From a virus, in IMG/VR virus record IMGVR_UViG_3300037087_000181, positions 21,257 through 85,256 of that record: a stretch of DNA of 64,000 bases; one strand, 5' to 3'. Below are positions 28,194 to 37,885 of this stretch, piece by piece. Each line of letters begins with the position of its first letter. The stretch's first letter is position 1. The position numbers and the translations under genes are program-made. Under the pieces are notes generated by a model. That model worked only from the letters and a program-made list of their open reading frames with translations. It made no database searches and was not told the DNA's origin.

Positions 28194-30059
28194 ATGAATA
28201 AGACCAATCAATTCAAGACGTGTTCGTTTTTTATGGCGAAGAATGATGTTCTTCACATGCTTATCTTGGATGAGAATGGCACTCCCGTTACTGTTGAATT
28301 GATTGGTGATGAGACTACTCCATCCGCTCCCGGTCAGGTTACTGCTATTGATGCGACAAATATAACCGATTCTGGATTCACGGCAAACTGGTTACTTACA
28401 GAGAACGCAGATGGGTATTATTTTAATCTTGCCACAGACCCCGACATGACACCCCATATAAGCGGATATGAAAATCTTGATGTGGAAAATGTAAATCATG
28501 TTGATATAACAGGACTCACTCCGGGGGTTGTTTATTACTATCAGGTGAGTGCTTATAACAATATAGGAGAGGGTCTTGAATCTAATATTATTTCTACACT
28601 TATTCTTTCGGCTGTATTACTTGAAGACTTAGATGGAAACGAGTATCACACTATTGTCATTGGTAATCAGGAATGGATCGTTGAAAATCTTAAGGTAACG
28701 CAATATGCCGATACATCAATAATCCCGAATGTTACTATAGATGCTGATTGGGCAGCATTAACAGCCATAGATAATAAAGATACTTATGGTGGGATATATA
28801 ACTGGTATGCTGCAACTGATGCAAGAAATATTGCACCCGTAGGTTGGCACGTACCAACATTTGCAGAGGCAGTAGTATTACAATATGCTATTGGAGCTAT
28901 TGATGATCAGGAATATGAAGGGCCGGGTTATGATACAACCATAGGTCAAGTTCTTAGAGAAATAGGCACTACGTATTGGATAACTGACGATGGTACGGAT
29001 ACGAAAGGATTTCATGCCAGAGGATCGGGAAGAAGAAATTATGATAGTGGAAATTTTGAGGCAATTAAGGCTTTATTTGTATTTTGGCTTTCAGATGCTG
29101 GCCCATTAGGTGCATTACAATCTGTTAGAATTAGTGATGATAATACATATTATATAGAAGAACTCACCGCTGGAGTTGGTCAAGAAGCACAAGGTTATTC
29201 AATTCGTCTTATAAAAGATGATTCTACTGATCCGGGAACAGTAACAGGTAATGATGGCAAAGTTTACACAACTGTTAAAATTGGTGATCAAGTATGGATG
29301 GCAGAGAACAGTGCAGAAACAAAATATCAAAACGGAGACTTAGTTACAGTAGTGACAGACGATACAACATGGGCAGCAGAGACAAGCGAAGCAATGTGCT
29401 ATTACGATAATATCGCCTTATCCGATGGGGATGCCTATTGTTGGTATAATAATGATTTAGCAACTTATAAGGCTATTTATGGGGCGCTGTATAATGACTA
29501 TGCTGTTTTAAGTGCAAAAGAACTTGTTTATTTTACAAGAAGTGCAGTACATGAGTTAGGATGGAGGGTAGCTACAAAAACAGATTGGGATGATCTTATC
29601 GCCGTTCTTGACGGATTGACAGTGGCGGGAGGACGGCTAAAAGAAATAGGGACAACACATTGGACTCCCCCTAATACAGGTGCAATAGATTCAGTGGAAT
29701 TTAAAGCCGTTGGCGGTGGATATAGACAAGAAACGGGTACATTTGGTGGCATAAGAGATAGTGCTTTCTTTTGGACGTCTACATCAGAAGGTTTGCTATC
29801 GGGAGTTAATTTTTATCTCAATTATGATACCCAGGATATAAACCATGTAAATACTGTTAAGGGGGCGGGGTATTCAGTTCGCTGCGTAAGAGATATATAT
29901 ACTTCTACTGTTTATGTAATTTACACAGATGGTATAAGTACTTGGCGTAAGGGAGTAAGAAGTCATGCTTTTGTTCTTGATAAGACAATAACTCCGTTAG
30001 GTTTTAGTGGGGTTGAGGATACAGATTGGGTTAATATAAAATCAGTTAAATTGGACTAA
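28194..30059 (+). CDS. FN3 plus tandem FISUMP (Fib_succ_major) domain protein, putative adhesin
   Basis: FN3 motif (GLTPGVVYYYQVSAYN); DLDGNEY..IGNQEW..ENL, YGGIYNW, PVGWHVPT, GYSIRLIKD and GYSVRCVRD. Confidence 0.8.
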   Translation: MNKTNQFKTCSFFMAKNDVLHMLILDENGTPVTVELIGDETTPSAPGQVTAIDATNITDSGFTANWLLTENADGYYFNLATDPDMTPHISGYENLDVENVNHVDITGLTPGVVYYYQVSAYNNIGEGLESNIISTLILSAVLLEDLDGNEYHTIVIGNQEWIVENLKVTQYADTSIIPNVTIDADWAALTAIDNKDTYGGIYNWYAATDARNIAPVGWHVPTFAEAVVLQYAIGAIDDQEYEGPGYDTTIGQVLREIGTTYWITDDGTDTKGFHARGSGRRNYDSGNFEAIKALFVFWLSDAGPLGALQSVRISDDNTYYIEELTAGVGQEAQGYSIRLIKDDSTDPGTVTGNDGKVYTTVKIGDQVWMAENSAETKYQNGDLVTVVTDDTTWAAETSEAMCYYDNIALSDGDAYCWYNNDLATYKAIYGALYNDYAVLSAKELVYFTRSAVHELGWRVATKTDWDDLIAVLDGLTVAGGRLKEIGTTHWTPPNTGAIDSVEFKAVGGGYRQETGTFGGIRDSAFFWTSTSEGLLSGVNFYLNYDTQDINHVNTVKGAGYSVRCVRDIYTSTVYVIYTDGISTWRKGVRSHAFVLDKTITPLGFSGVEDTDWVNIKSVKLD

Positions 30060-30061
30060 TA

Positions 30062-30367
30062 ATGGCAGTTCAATATATTTATTATACCTCAGGGACAATG
30101 GTTGAATACACGGATGGTGTGGATGTGTTTAGGGATGGTTCTTTAGGGGGTTCATACATAGTGGAGGTTCTTGATGGTGCTTCTTGGGATGATTTGGAAA
30201 GTATTGATGCCGAGGGTGCAATAGGTATAGATACATTCCGTGATGGTGTTCGTGGGGGAGCATACGTTATAGATAAAACACTTACTCCAATAGGATTTGC
30301 AGGAATAGAATCATTAGATGATGGGATTACAGGTGATTGGATAAATTTACGAATATCAGATATATAA
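30062..30367 (+). CDS. hypothetical protein sharing a C-terminal module with 28194-30059
   Basis: RDGVRGGAYVIDKTLTPIGF..DWINL versus RKGVRSHAFVLDKTITPLGF..DWVNI. Confidence 0.7.
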   Translation: MAVQYIYYTSGTMVEYTDGVDVFRDGSLGGSYIVEVLDGASWDDLESIDAEGAIGIDTFRDGVRGGAYVIDKTLTPIGFAGIESLDDGITGDWINLRISDI

Positions 30368-33300
30368 TGAAAAAGATTTTAACAATTTTAATTGCACTTG
30401 CCATAGCCTTGGTGAGTTGTGCACAACAGACTTTTAATGTAAATGTGGTAATTCAAAAGGCCACACCTACATTATCTTTTAATGGAAGTGGAGGGATCAT
30501 TGACTTTCTTAATGGAAGTGCCCACATAACGCTTACACAGAGTTTGAATACGTTAACTCTTGCGGGTGGAAACTTATCACTTGGAACAAATAACCTCCTT
30601 ACAACGGGTTTTATTGGAGTTACGGGGGCAAGAATAACAAAAGGATGGTTTATTGATGGAGAGTTCTCTAACATGCCTACTGTTGCGGGAAACTCATTAA
30701 CATCATATTTCGCTACTTCGGCACAGCTATCGGCAATAACGGCAACATCATTGGGGCTTGGAAATGTTAATAATGTTAGTGTTGCGACTATTCTTACAAG
30801 TCCTGCACTCACAGGAACCCCAACAGCACCCACGGCAACAGTTGGTACTAACACCACACAGGTAGCTACAACTGCCTTCGTGTTGGCTAATGGAGGTGGC
30901 GGAGGAGGTGCTGGCACATGGGGAAGTATAACAGGAACCCTTTCTTTACAGTCAGACCTTGAAACCGCACTGAATTTAAAACTTAATACCAATGGGAGTG
31001 CTGCAAGTCTGACAAGTTTTCCTACGCTAAACCAAAATACGACAGGAAGTGCCGCTACGTTAACTACACCAAGGGCAATTTATGGAAATAATTTCAATGG
31101 TTCGGTTGCCTTAACACAAATAATCGCATCTACTTATGGCGGAACGGGTAACGGATTTACTAAATTTACAGGGGCAACACAAACAGAGAAAACCTACACA
31201 TTACCTGATGTAAGTACTACTATCTTGACTTCTAATTCTCCAGTGACGGTAGCACAAGGGGGAACTGGACGAGTAACGTCAACAATTGCATACGGATTAT
31301 TGGCTGCGGGGACAACGGCAACGGGGGTACAACAGACACTCGCCACCGGATCAGGTGGACAGATACTTCGTAGTGGTGGTAGTGGAGCGTTACCTTCATA
31401 TTCAACAGCAACCTATCCGGCAGTGGCAGGAACAGCACGTAAAATGGTGGTTTCTGATGGTACTAATCTTGTCATGTCTACCGAGACTTATGATACACCG
31501 GGGGCAGTAGGAAATATGCTTATGTCTGATGGTACAAATCAGGTTAGCACCACGCCCGTTGACATCGCAACTGTTATGTCTCAATATTATATTGATGCTA
31601 CAAGTTCTATACAGGGACAGTTAAATGCACTTTCCACACGAATTACGGCACTCGAAGGTAATACTCCTTCATATCCAAATTATTATGTTGCAAATGCCGG
31701 ATCAGATGCAGCAGATGGGTTAACCCCTGCAACTGCATGGCAGACAATTTCAAAAATAAATGGATTAACTATATTATCGGGAACAGGGATTAATTTTAAC
31801 AAAGGGGATACGTGGCATGAGATATTGACAGTTCCTTCTTCTGGTATTTCAGGCAACCCCATTGTATTTGGTTCTTACGGTACAGGGAATAAGCCTATCA
31901 TTGATGGATCAGATATTGTTTCTACATGGACGGCTGATAATAGTGATGTAGAAACAGGAGGGACATTTGTTTCAGGATTAGAGACTGAGACAAGTGCTTT
32001 TACAACTGAATGGACAACAAAGACAGTAGCAAATAGTAATACTATGACTGTTTCTTCAACTGTAAAAAATCATGGTACTAATTCTGCACTAATTACTTTC
32101 AATGGTACTGGACAGGAAGCGTATGCTTATAAGGATCTTTCTAACCAAACAGAAATGAATTTTAGGTTTTATTTCTATTTGGCTTCAGATTTTGCAATGC
32201 ACGCAAATGGTAGTTCTATTGATCTTGGTTTGATGTATGATACTGGTAATGGTTGGTTATTTGGTGTGGTTTTGGAAGCAGATGCGGGGAGTACAACATC
32301 CTTTCATTTGAAAGGAGATAGGATAAAACCAACAGATGCCATTGTTTACACTGGAGCTAATGGTTCGATTTCAAGAGGCGCTTGGCATTATGTTGAAATA
32401 GAGTTCGATAGAGGAACTACAAATGGAGGATGGCAGATGTGGTTGGATGGTAATTCTGTCGGAAGTGATTTTACATTAAATACAATTATATATAATCCAA
32501 ACAGGGTTTATATAGGAGATGCTGGTGAATTGGGTTATCCTGCAAGTACAGCAAAAATATATTTTGATGATATAAAGGTAAGTACTTCTGTTATCGGGGC
32601 ATTCCCGGCGGGAGTGGCTAATGTTTATGATGCTACAATAGCAGCAACAACAGTTCAGGTTTTCAGAGACGGGTTAAGAGCAACCAAGGGATCATCAAAA
32701 GCGGCACTTAATGATCATGAGTGGTTTTGCAGTGGTACAACATTATCATATAGAGATGATTCAGGAACACCACAAGGGGCAGGATATGTTATTGCAGCCT
32801 CGGTAAGAAATAGTTGTATTGAAGTTTCAAAAGGATTTGCACAAACAGATTATATTACTATTGATGGTCTGGATATAAGAAATTCAAATTTGAATGGAAT
32901 ATTTTTCCCTGCAACTTCAACTGGTGCGATTATAAAAAACTGTGATGTGAAGTATAATTATAATGATGGTATTCGTTCATCGGCAGGCGAAGTAGCATCT
33001 AATGTATTAGTAACAACTTGTAATTTAAGTTGGAATGGAGGTGGTGGTGTTGATATAGTTACTCCAAGTCATAACTGGACGATTAGTTATAATAATGTTT
33101 TTAGAAACTGTCAATACAATGATAGTTATCAAAATCACAATTGGAATGCAGGAATACACACATGGTGCGAGGATGCTACAGTTAAATCAATCCAGATAAT
33201 TCACAATACCATTTATTCTAATGGGAAATTACCTAATAATACTTATGTAAGTATATCATCTGGCAGGGGAATACATTTTGATACTGTTGAAGAAACAAAT

Positions 33301-33936
33301 TATACGGATGGATCATTTGTCGGATATAATTTTATTTATGATAATAATCAAGTGGGAATACTTCTTGAACACGCTAGTTATCATACTGTTGCTTACAATC
33401 TTGTTTATAATAATATTGGAGCATACGGTATAGCAGTTTCAGATTATTCTACTCTTTCAGAAGCAAGCTATAATAAAGTTTATAACAATGTATGTTATGG
33501 TAATCTTACAGGTATTGTCATACAGGGCACAAGTAGTTTAACTGCAAACAGATGTAGGGGGAACATTGTAAAGAATAATATTTCTTTCGGTAATTCAAAT
33601 AATCAATTAGGATGTTATTATGGTGGTGAGAATGATGGTACGATGGGTAGTGGCAACGTGTACCAGAATAACGCATTGGGCGTAGAAGGCACTGGTTTTA
33701 TTCAGTGGGGTAGCGGTGTGAATAAAAACACTTATGCTGCTTGGGCTTCGGCCTATGGTAGTTCTACAAATTCAATTCAAACCGATCCTTTACTTGTAAA
33801 TTCCACAAGTTTAAATTTTCAGTTACAAACAGGATCACCCTGTATAAATGCAGGAGTAAATGTGGGATTAACAACCGATTTCTTAGGAAATCCTATAATT
33901 GGACTTCCCGATATTGGAGCATACGAAAAACAATAA
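30367..33936 (+). CDS. tail fibre-like protein with signal peptide, lectin-like insert and right-handed beta-helix
   Basis: MKKILTILIALAIALVSCAQQ; SPALTGTPTAPT and GGTG fibre motifs; YYVANAGSD..DGLTP; C-terminal SPCINAG...PDIGAYE (choice-of-anchor Q-like). Confidence 0.75.
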   Translation: MKKILTILIALAIALVSCAQQTFNVNVVIQKATPTLSFNGSGGIIDFLNGSAHITLTQSLNTLTLAGGNLSLGTNNLLTTGFIGVTGARITKGWFIDGEFSNMPTVAGNSLTSYFATSAQLSAITATSLGLGNVNNVSVATILTSPALTGTPTAPTATVGTNTTQVATTAFVLANGGGGGGAGTWGSITGTLSLQSDLETALNLKLNTNGSAASLTSFPTLNQNTTGSAATLTTPRAIYGNNFNGSVALTQIIASTYGGTGNGFTKFTGATQTEKTYTLPDVSTTILTSNSPVTVAQGGTGRVTSTIAYGLLAAGTTATGVQQTLATGSGGQILRSGGSGALPSYSTATYPAVAGTARKMVVSDGTNLVMSTETYDTPGAVGNMLMSDGTNQVSTTPVDIATVMSQYYIDATSSIQGQLNALSTRITALEGNTPSYPNYYVANAGSDAADGLTPATAWQTISKINGLTILSGTGINFNKGDTWHEILTVPSSGISGNPIVFGSYGTGNKPIIDGSDIVSTWTADNSDVETGGTFVSGLETETSAFTTEWTTKTVANSNTMTVSSTVKNHGTNSALITFNGTGQEAYAYKDLSNQTEMNFRFYFYLASDFAMHANGSSIDLGLMYDTGNGWLFGVVLEADAGSTTSFHLKGDRIKPTDAIVYTGANGSISRGAWHYVEIEFDRGTTNGGWQMWLDGNSVGSDFTLNTIIYNPNRVYIGDAGELGYPASTAKIYFDDIKVSTSVIGAFPAGVANVYDATIAATTVQVFRDGLRATKGSSKAALNDHEWFCSGTTLSYRDDSGTPQGAGYVIAASVRNSCIEVSKGFAQTDYITIDGLDIRNSNLNGIFFPATSTGAIIKNCDVKYNYNDGIRSSAGEVASNVLVTTCNLSWNGGGGVDIVTPSHNWTISYNNVFRNCQYNDSYQNHNWNAGIHTWCEDATVKSIQIIHNTIYSNGKLPNNTYVSISSGRGIHFDTVEETNYTDGSFVGYNFIYDNNQVGILLEHASYHTVAYNLVYNNIGAYGIAVSDYSTLSEASYNKVYNNVCYGNLTGIVIQGTSSLTANRCRGNIVKNNISFGNSNNQLGCYYGGENDGTMGSGNVYQNNALGVEGTGFIQWGSGVNKNTYAAWASAYGSSTNSIQTDPLLVNSTSLNFQLQTGSPCINAGVNVGLTTDFLGNPIIGLPDIGAYEKQ

Positions 33937-33948
33937 AATAATATAACA

Positions 33949-36246
33949 GTGAAAAAACTATTTTTTCTTTTAACATTTTTAATAGTCACCCTGTCACTTA
34001 AGTCAACGACTTATTACATTGATCCGGCGGGCAATAACAGTCATACAGGATTGATTAGTTCTCCGTGGCTAACTTTAGCCTATGCCTGTGCACATACAAC
34101 ATCTGGCGATATTATTCATGTCAATGCCGGGACATTTACCGAGACAGTTCAATGTACTAAGGCTGTCGGTGTAAGTATCGAGGGTGTTGGAGTGACTTCT
34201 CATATAATAAGTCAGGTTGTCTTTACACGTTCTGGCGACTTAACAGGAGCTGCCATCATGTGTTCCAGCGCATCAGAAGGTACAAATGACAATAGTCATA
34301 TAAGCGGGATTTGGTTAGATGGTAATTACTATGCAGGCAGCACGGGATCGTCTTCAGCAACAGGGAATGACGGTATTTTTGTACAAAGAAGAAGTAATGT
34401 CAAAATATTTAATTGTACAATATCGGGATTCTATCTTAATGGGATTGCACTTCACGGATCAACTATTTATGCACAACCATCAATCTATGCTACAGGAAAT
34501 GAAATACATGATTGCATAATAACAGATAATGGTAATGAAGATTCTACATGGGGAGGTGGGGGCAATATTGAGATTGGAGGGCAGGGTGACGGAACGCTTA
34601 TACATGATAATACAATAAGTTGCATAGGCAGGCAAAATCATGGGTTAATCAATGGGAATAATCTTTCGGGAGCCTACCATAATGAGGGAGTAAAATTTTA
34701 TAATAATCTCTGTTATAAGAATGAGCAAGAATCTGTATGGAGTTTCCATATTGAGATGTGGAATACTGATGGTGGCATGGAAGCATATGGTAATACCTTT
34801 AACGGAGGAGATACAGGGATAGATATTGCTGGAGATTGGAGTACTAAAGGCAGTTACGCTTATTCATGGTATGTCCACGATAATCTATTTACCGGTAATT
34901 ATTTAACGAGTCATGAGAAAAAGATTGGTATTGATATCGAAAACGGAACACAACAAGATATTTGGATTTATCGTAATCATTTTTATCAGAAACATGCTCC
35001 CTTTAACATAACTAATGGTGATGATGCAAGTGTAGTTATACAAAGGGTTTGGATTGCTTATAATATTATGGAGAGTTGTGGATATGGTGTACCGGGTGGC
35101 TATCAGGTAATTAACAATATTCACCTACCAGGTGACATGACTCTTACAGATTTTTATTTCTGTAATAATGTAATTATAGGCGAAGCTGATGCTTACTATA
35201 TTGGGTTTGATATTGACAATGCTGGTACAATAACCAATATGTATTTTAGAAATAACATAATTGTTAATTTTTTACATTCTTTCGGATGGTTGTATGTGGC
35301 TAATGCAGGAAGTATGAATGGATTGTATGTTAATAATAATATTCAATATAATAATTCAAATAGTAATGATCCCTTATTAACAGGCAATTCTGTTAGTAAT
35401 TATTCATATACGAATGCCACTAAGACAGCACCACCATTTGTTTCATCGACTGATTTTCATCTTACGGCTGCAAGAAATGGAGTTGCCGTATCATTTCCTA
35501 TTACATGGGCTGATTATGATGGCAATACATTAGCGAGTCCTCCCGAAATGGGTGTTTATGAATATGGGACAATAAGTGCACCCACCGTTACAACAACCGC
35601 AGCATCAAATATAGCACAAACAACTACAACCAGCGGGGGAAACGTAACAGCCGATGGCGGTGCAACGGTTACGGCAAGAGGGGTTTGTTGGGGAACGTCG
35701 GCTAATCCTATTACTTCTGGTAGTCATACTTCAGATGGAACTGGTACGGGAACATTCGCCAGTTCAATTATAGGTTTAACGGCTTATACTATATATCATG
35801 TGCGTGCTTATGCAACAAATAGTCAGGGTATTTCTTATGGGTCTGATGTGCAGTTTACAACATCTGCCGCAATAACCATACCCGTAGTTACCACGACAGC
35901 AATAACAAGTATAACAATTACTACGGCAACAAGTGGAGGAACGATTTCATCGGATGGAGGATCAACGGTTACGGCAAAGGGTGTTTGCTGGGGGATATCG
36001 ACTAACCCCACCACATCTGGCAATCATACTTCAGATATTAGTGGTACCAGTACTTTTACAAGTGCCATAACGGGATTAACGGCAGGAACGGTTTATCATG
36101 TAAGAGCATATGCCTCTAACGGTGTAGGGACAGCCTATGGATCAGACGTACGGTTTACAAGTGCGGTAGTGACGTCTATATCTCCCGTAACACATAATGG
36201 AGTTCCTGTGATATCGGGGGGTAAGATATTAATTATAACAAGATGA
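33949..36246 (+). CDS. secreted right-handed beta-helix protein with two C-terminal FN3-like repeats
   Basis: Signal peptide MKKLFFLLTFLIVTLSLKS; YYIDPAGNN..G..SSPW; repeats TVTARGVCW...YHVRAYA. Confidence 0.75.
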   Translation: MKKLFFLLTFLIVTLSLKSTTYYIDPAGNNSHTGLISSPWLTLAYACAHTTSGDIIHVNAGTFTETVQCTKAVGVSIEGVGVTSHIISQVVFTRSGDLTGAAIMCSSASEGTNDNSHISGIWLDGNYYAGSTGSSSATGNDGIFVQRRSNVKIFNCTISGFYLNGIALHGSTIYAQPSIYATGNEIHDCIITDNGNEDSTWGGGGNIEIGGQGDGTLIHDNTISCIGRQNHGLINGNNLSGAYHNEGVKFYNNLCYKNEQESVWSFHIEMWNTDGGMEAYGNTFNGGDTGIDIAGDWSTKGSYAYSWYVHDNLFTGNYLTSHEKKIGIDIENGTQQDIWIYRNHFYQKHAPFNITNGDDASVVIQRVWIAYNIMESCGYGVPGGYQVINNIHLPGDMTLTDFYFCNNVIIGEADAYYIGFDIDNAGTITNMYFRNNIIVNFLHSFGWLYVANAGSMNGLYVNNNIQYNNSNSNDPLLTGNSVSNYSYTNATKTAPPFVSSTDFHLTAARNGVAVSFPITWADYDGNTLASPPEMGVYEYGTISAPTVTTTAASNIAQTTTTSGGNVTADGGATVTARGVCWGTSANPITSGSHTSDGTGTGTFASSIIGLTAYTIYHVRAYATNSQGISYGSDVQFTTSAAITIPVVTTTAITSITITTATSGGTISSDGGSTVTAKGVCWGISTNPTTSGNHTSDISGTSTFTSAITGLTAGTVYHVRAYASNGVGTAYGSDVRFTSAVVTSISPVTHNGVPVISGGKILIITR

Positions 36247-36500
36247 AGATAATTTTATTTATATTATTTTCATTAGGAGTTTTTGCTCCACAGAGTGGTA
36301 GAGCGTGGATCATGTACCCTAATCCCGCTAAAGATCATGTAACAATAGAGATGACAGATGGGGTAATGCCTAAGTATGTGAAATTCTATGATATAAATGG
36401 GAAAGTGGTTTTAAGGGTGGCAACAGAGGGAAGATTAATTATTAGAATAAATTTTCATCTCATGTCGGGTAGGTATATTGTAAATCTGGAGGATAACTAA
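36243..36500 (+). CDS. stand-alone T9SS type-A C-terminal sorting domain with signal peptide
   Basis: YPNPAKDHVTI, FYDINGKVV and SGRYIV motifs after a hydrophobic N-terminus. Confidence 0.75.
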   Translation: MKIILFILFSLGVFAPQSGRAWIMYPNPAKDHVTIEMTDGVMPKYVKFYDINGKVVLRVATEGRLIIRINFHLMSGRYIVNLEDN

Positions 36501-37093
36501 TGTCACGTCAAATTGATCTCATAGCTTCAAGCAATGGTGAACACTACGTTTTATTTGGATTTAATGCCAATGAGTTAAGTTCCTTTAGTATAATGTTTTG
36601 GATCACACATTATGGTGTAAGAGCTTTGGATTGGGTACAGGCATTAAGCCTCGGATTTTGTTCTTTTCTAGGTGGCGATATATGGGTTCATAATTCCACG
36701 GAAGTGCCAAGGAATAATTTATTCGGACAACAGAGAAATTCAGAGGTCGGAATAGTCGCTAATCAAAATGCAAATGAGATAAAGATTCTTGATGCTATCG
36801 GGATACATAGTGATGGGGCTTGGTCGGTGGATTCTATTACCATCCCAAAAACGCTTAATCAGCCCAATGGTATGTATAGCATGATCCCTAAAGAACGATT
36901 TAAGAAAAGAGAAGGCGTTTGGCAAGCAGAATTTTTGAGAAATATGAAAACAACTTCAGGAGCGGCATTGGCAATAGAAGCCATTAAGGGAGAAGTCCTT
37001 CGTGGATATAGTGCATTTTTGGTGTTAAAGAATACGGATAATACTGAGGTTAAGCTTTTTAAGGTTAATCTTGGAATGACCAAATCGAGGTAA
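36500..37093 (+). CDS. protein resembling the C-terminal part of crAss-like tail stabilisation proteins
   Basis: SF.GG.IWVHN...RNNLFG, FKKREG.W.A.FLRN and GEVLRG. Confidence 0.6.
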   Translation: MSRQIDLIASSNGEHYVLFGFNANELSSFSIMFWITHYGVRALDWVQALSLGFCSFLGGDIWVHNSTEVPRNNLFGQQRNSEVGIVANQNANEIKILDAIGIHSDGAWSVDSITIPKTLNQPNGMYSMIPKERFKKREGVWQAEFLRNMKTTSGAALAIEAIKGEVLRGYSAFLVLKNTDNTEVKLFKVNLGMTKSR

Positions 37094-37106
37094 TGTGCAA
37101 AATGAG

Positions 37107-37114
37107 TAACTTTG
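37107..37114 (+). promoter_or_regulatory. -7 promoter element TAACTTTG
   Basis: 15 nt before ATG 37130. Confidence 0.7.
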
Positions 37115-37129
37115 TGACAATTTAATAAT

Positions 37130-37885
37130 ATGGCAGGAATAGGTGATATAGCAGGCAGTACAGTAGGCGGTGCGGGGGCTGGTGCTGCATTGGGCCCCAT
37201 AGGGGCAGCAATAGGTGGTGGTCTTGGACTAATTAAGGGGATTTTTGGTGCGGTACAAACTGCCCAAGGTACAAGACAATTAAATTCCCTACTTAATAAT
37301 AGACCACAATACCAGATATCGCAAGGCTATCAGGACGCATTTAAAACATATCAGAGCATGGCAAATTCTCAATTGCCGGGATATGACATAATGAAAGGTC
37401 AGATAGATCAAAGTGGTGCAAGGACACAAGCCAATCTTGAAAGAGGGGCAATGAGTTCCAATCAACTCATGAGTGGTGCATTAAGTTCTCAGGATAAAGA
37501 GTTAGATGCTATCAAGAATCTTGGGTTAATGTCGGCACAATATCGTCAACAGCAACAGCAGAATCTCGCAGGGGCGCAGCAAATGATGGGTGGTCAGCAA
37601 GATAAGGCGTTTGATTATAATGTTAATCAACCTTGGGAGATAAGGGCAAATATGGCAGCAGGGAAGGCTGGTGTGGGTCAACAGAATCTCTTTAGTGGGT
37701 TACAGGATATAGGATCATCTCTGCAAAATTTTGCGGGAACAAATGCCTACATGAAGGTATTCCAAGGTATGCAAGGACAAGGTGGTGGACAATCATCGCA
37801 GGGAACTAATGCTTTTGGTATTCCTAATAATACTCCCATTGCTTCCGATCCGTTCTCTAATCATAATCCTTCAATAAGTATGTAA
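37130..37885 (+). CDS. putative ejection/cargo protein
   Basis: Gly/Ala-rich hydrophobic N-terminus (GAALGPIGAAIGG); Q-rich helices. Confidence 0.65.
   Translation: MAGIGDIAGSTVGGAGAGAALGPIGAAIGGGLGLIKGIFGAVQTAQGTRQLNSLLNNRPQYQISQGYQDAFKTYQSMANSQLPGYDIMKGQIDQSGARTQANLERGAMSSNQLMSGALSSQDKELDAIKNLGLMSAQYRQQQQQNLAGAQQMMGGQQDKAFDYNVNQPWEIRANMAAGKAGVGQQNLFSGLQDIGSSLQNFAGTNAYMKVFQGMQGQGGGQSSQGTNAFGIPNNTPIASDPFSNHNPSISM

Noticed and set aside
36205-36246. Programmed -1 frameshift fusing the T9SS CTD to the 765-aa protein at the G6 run
   Set aside because: The -1 frame hits TAA right after GGGGGG, and the CTD ORF has its own signal peptide
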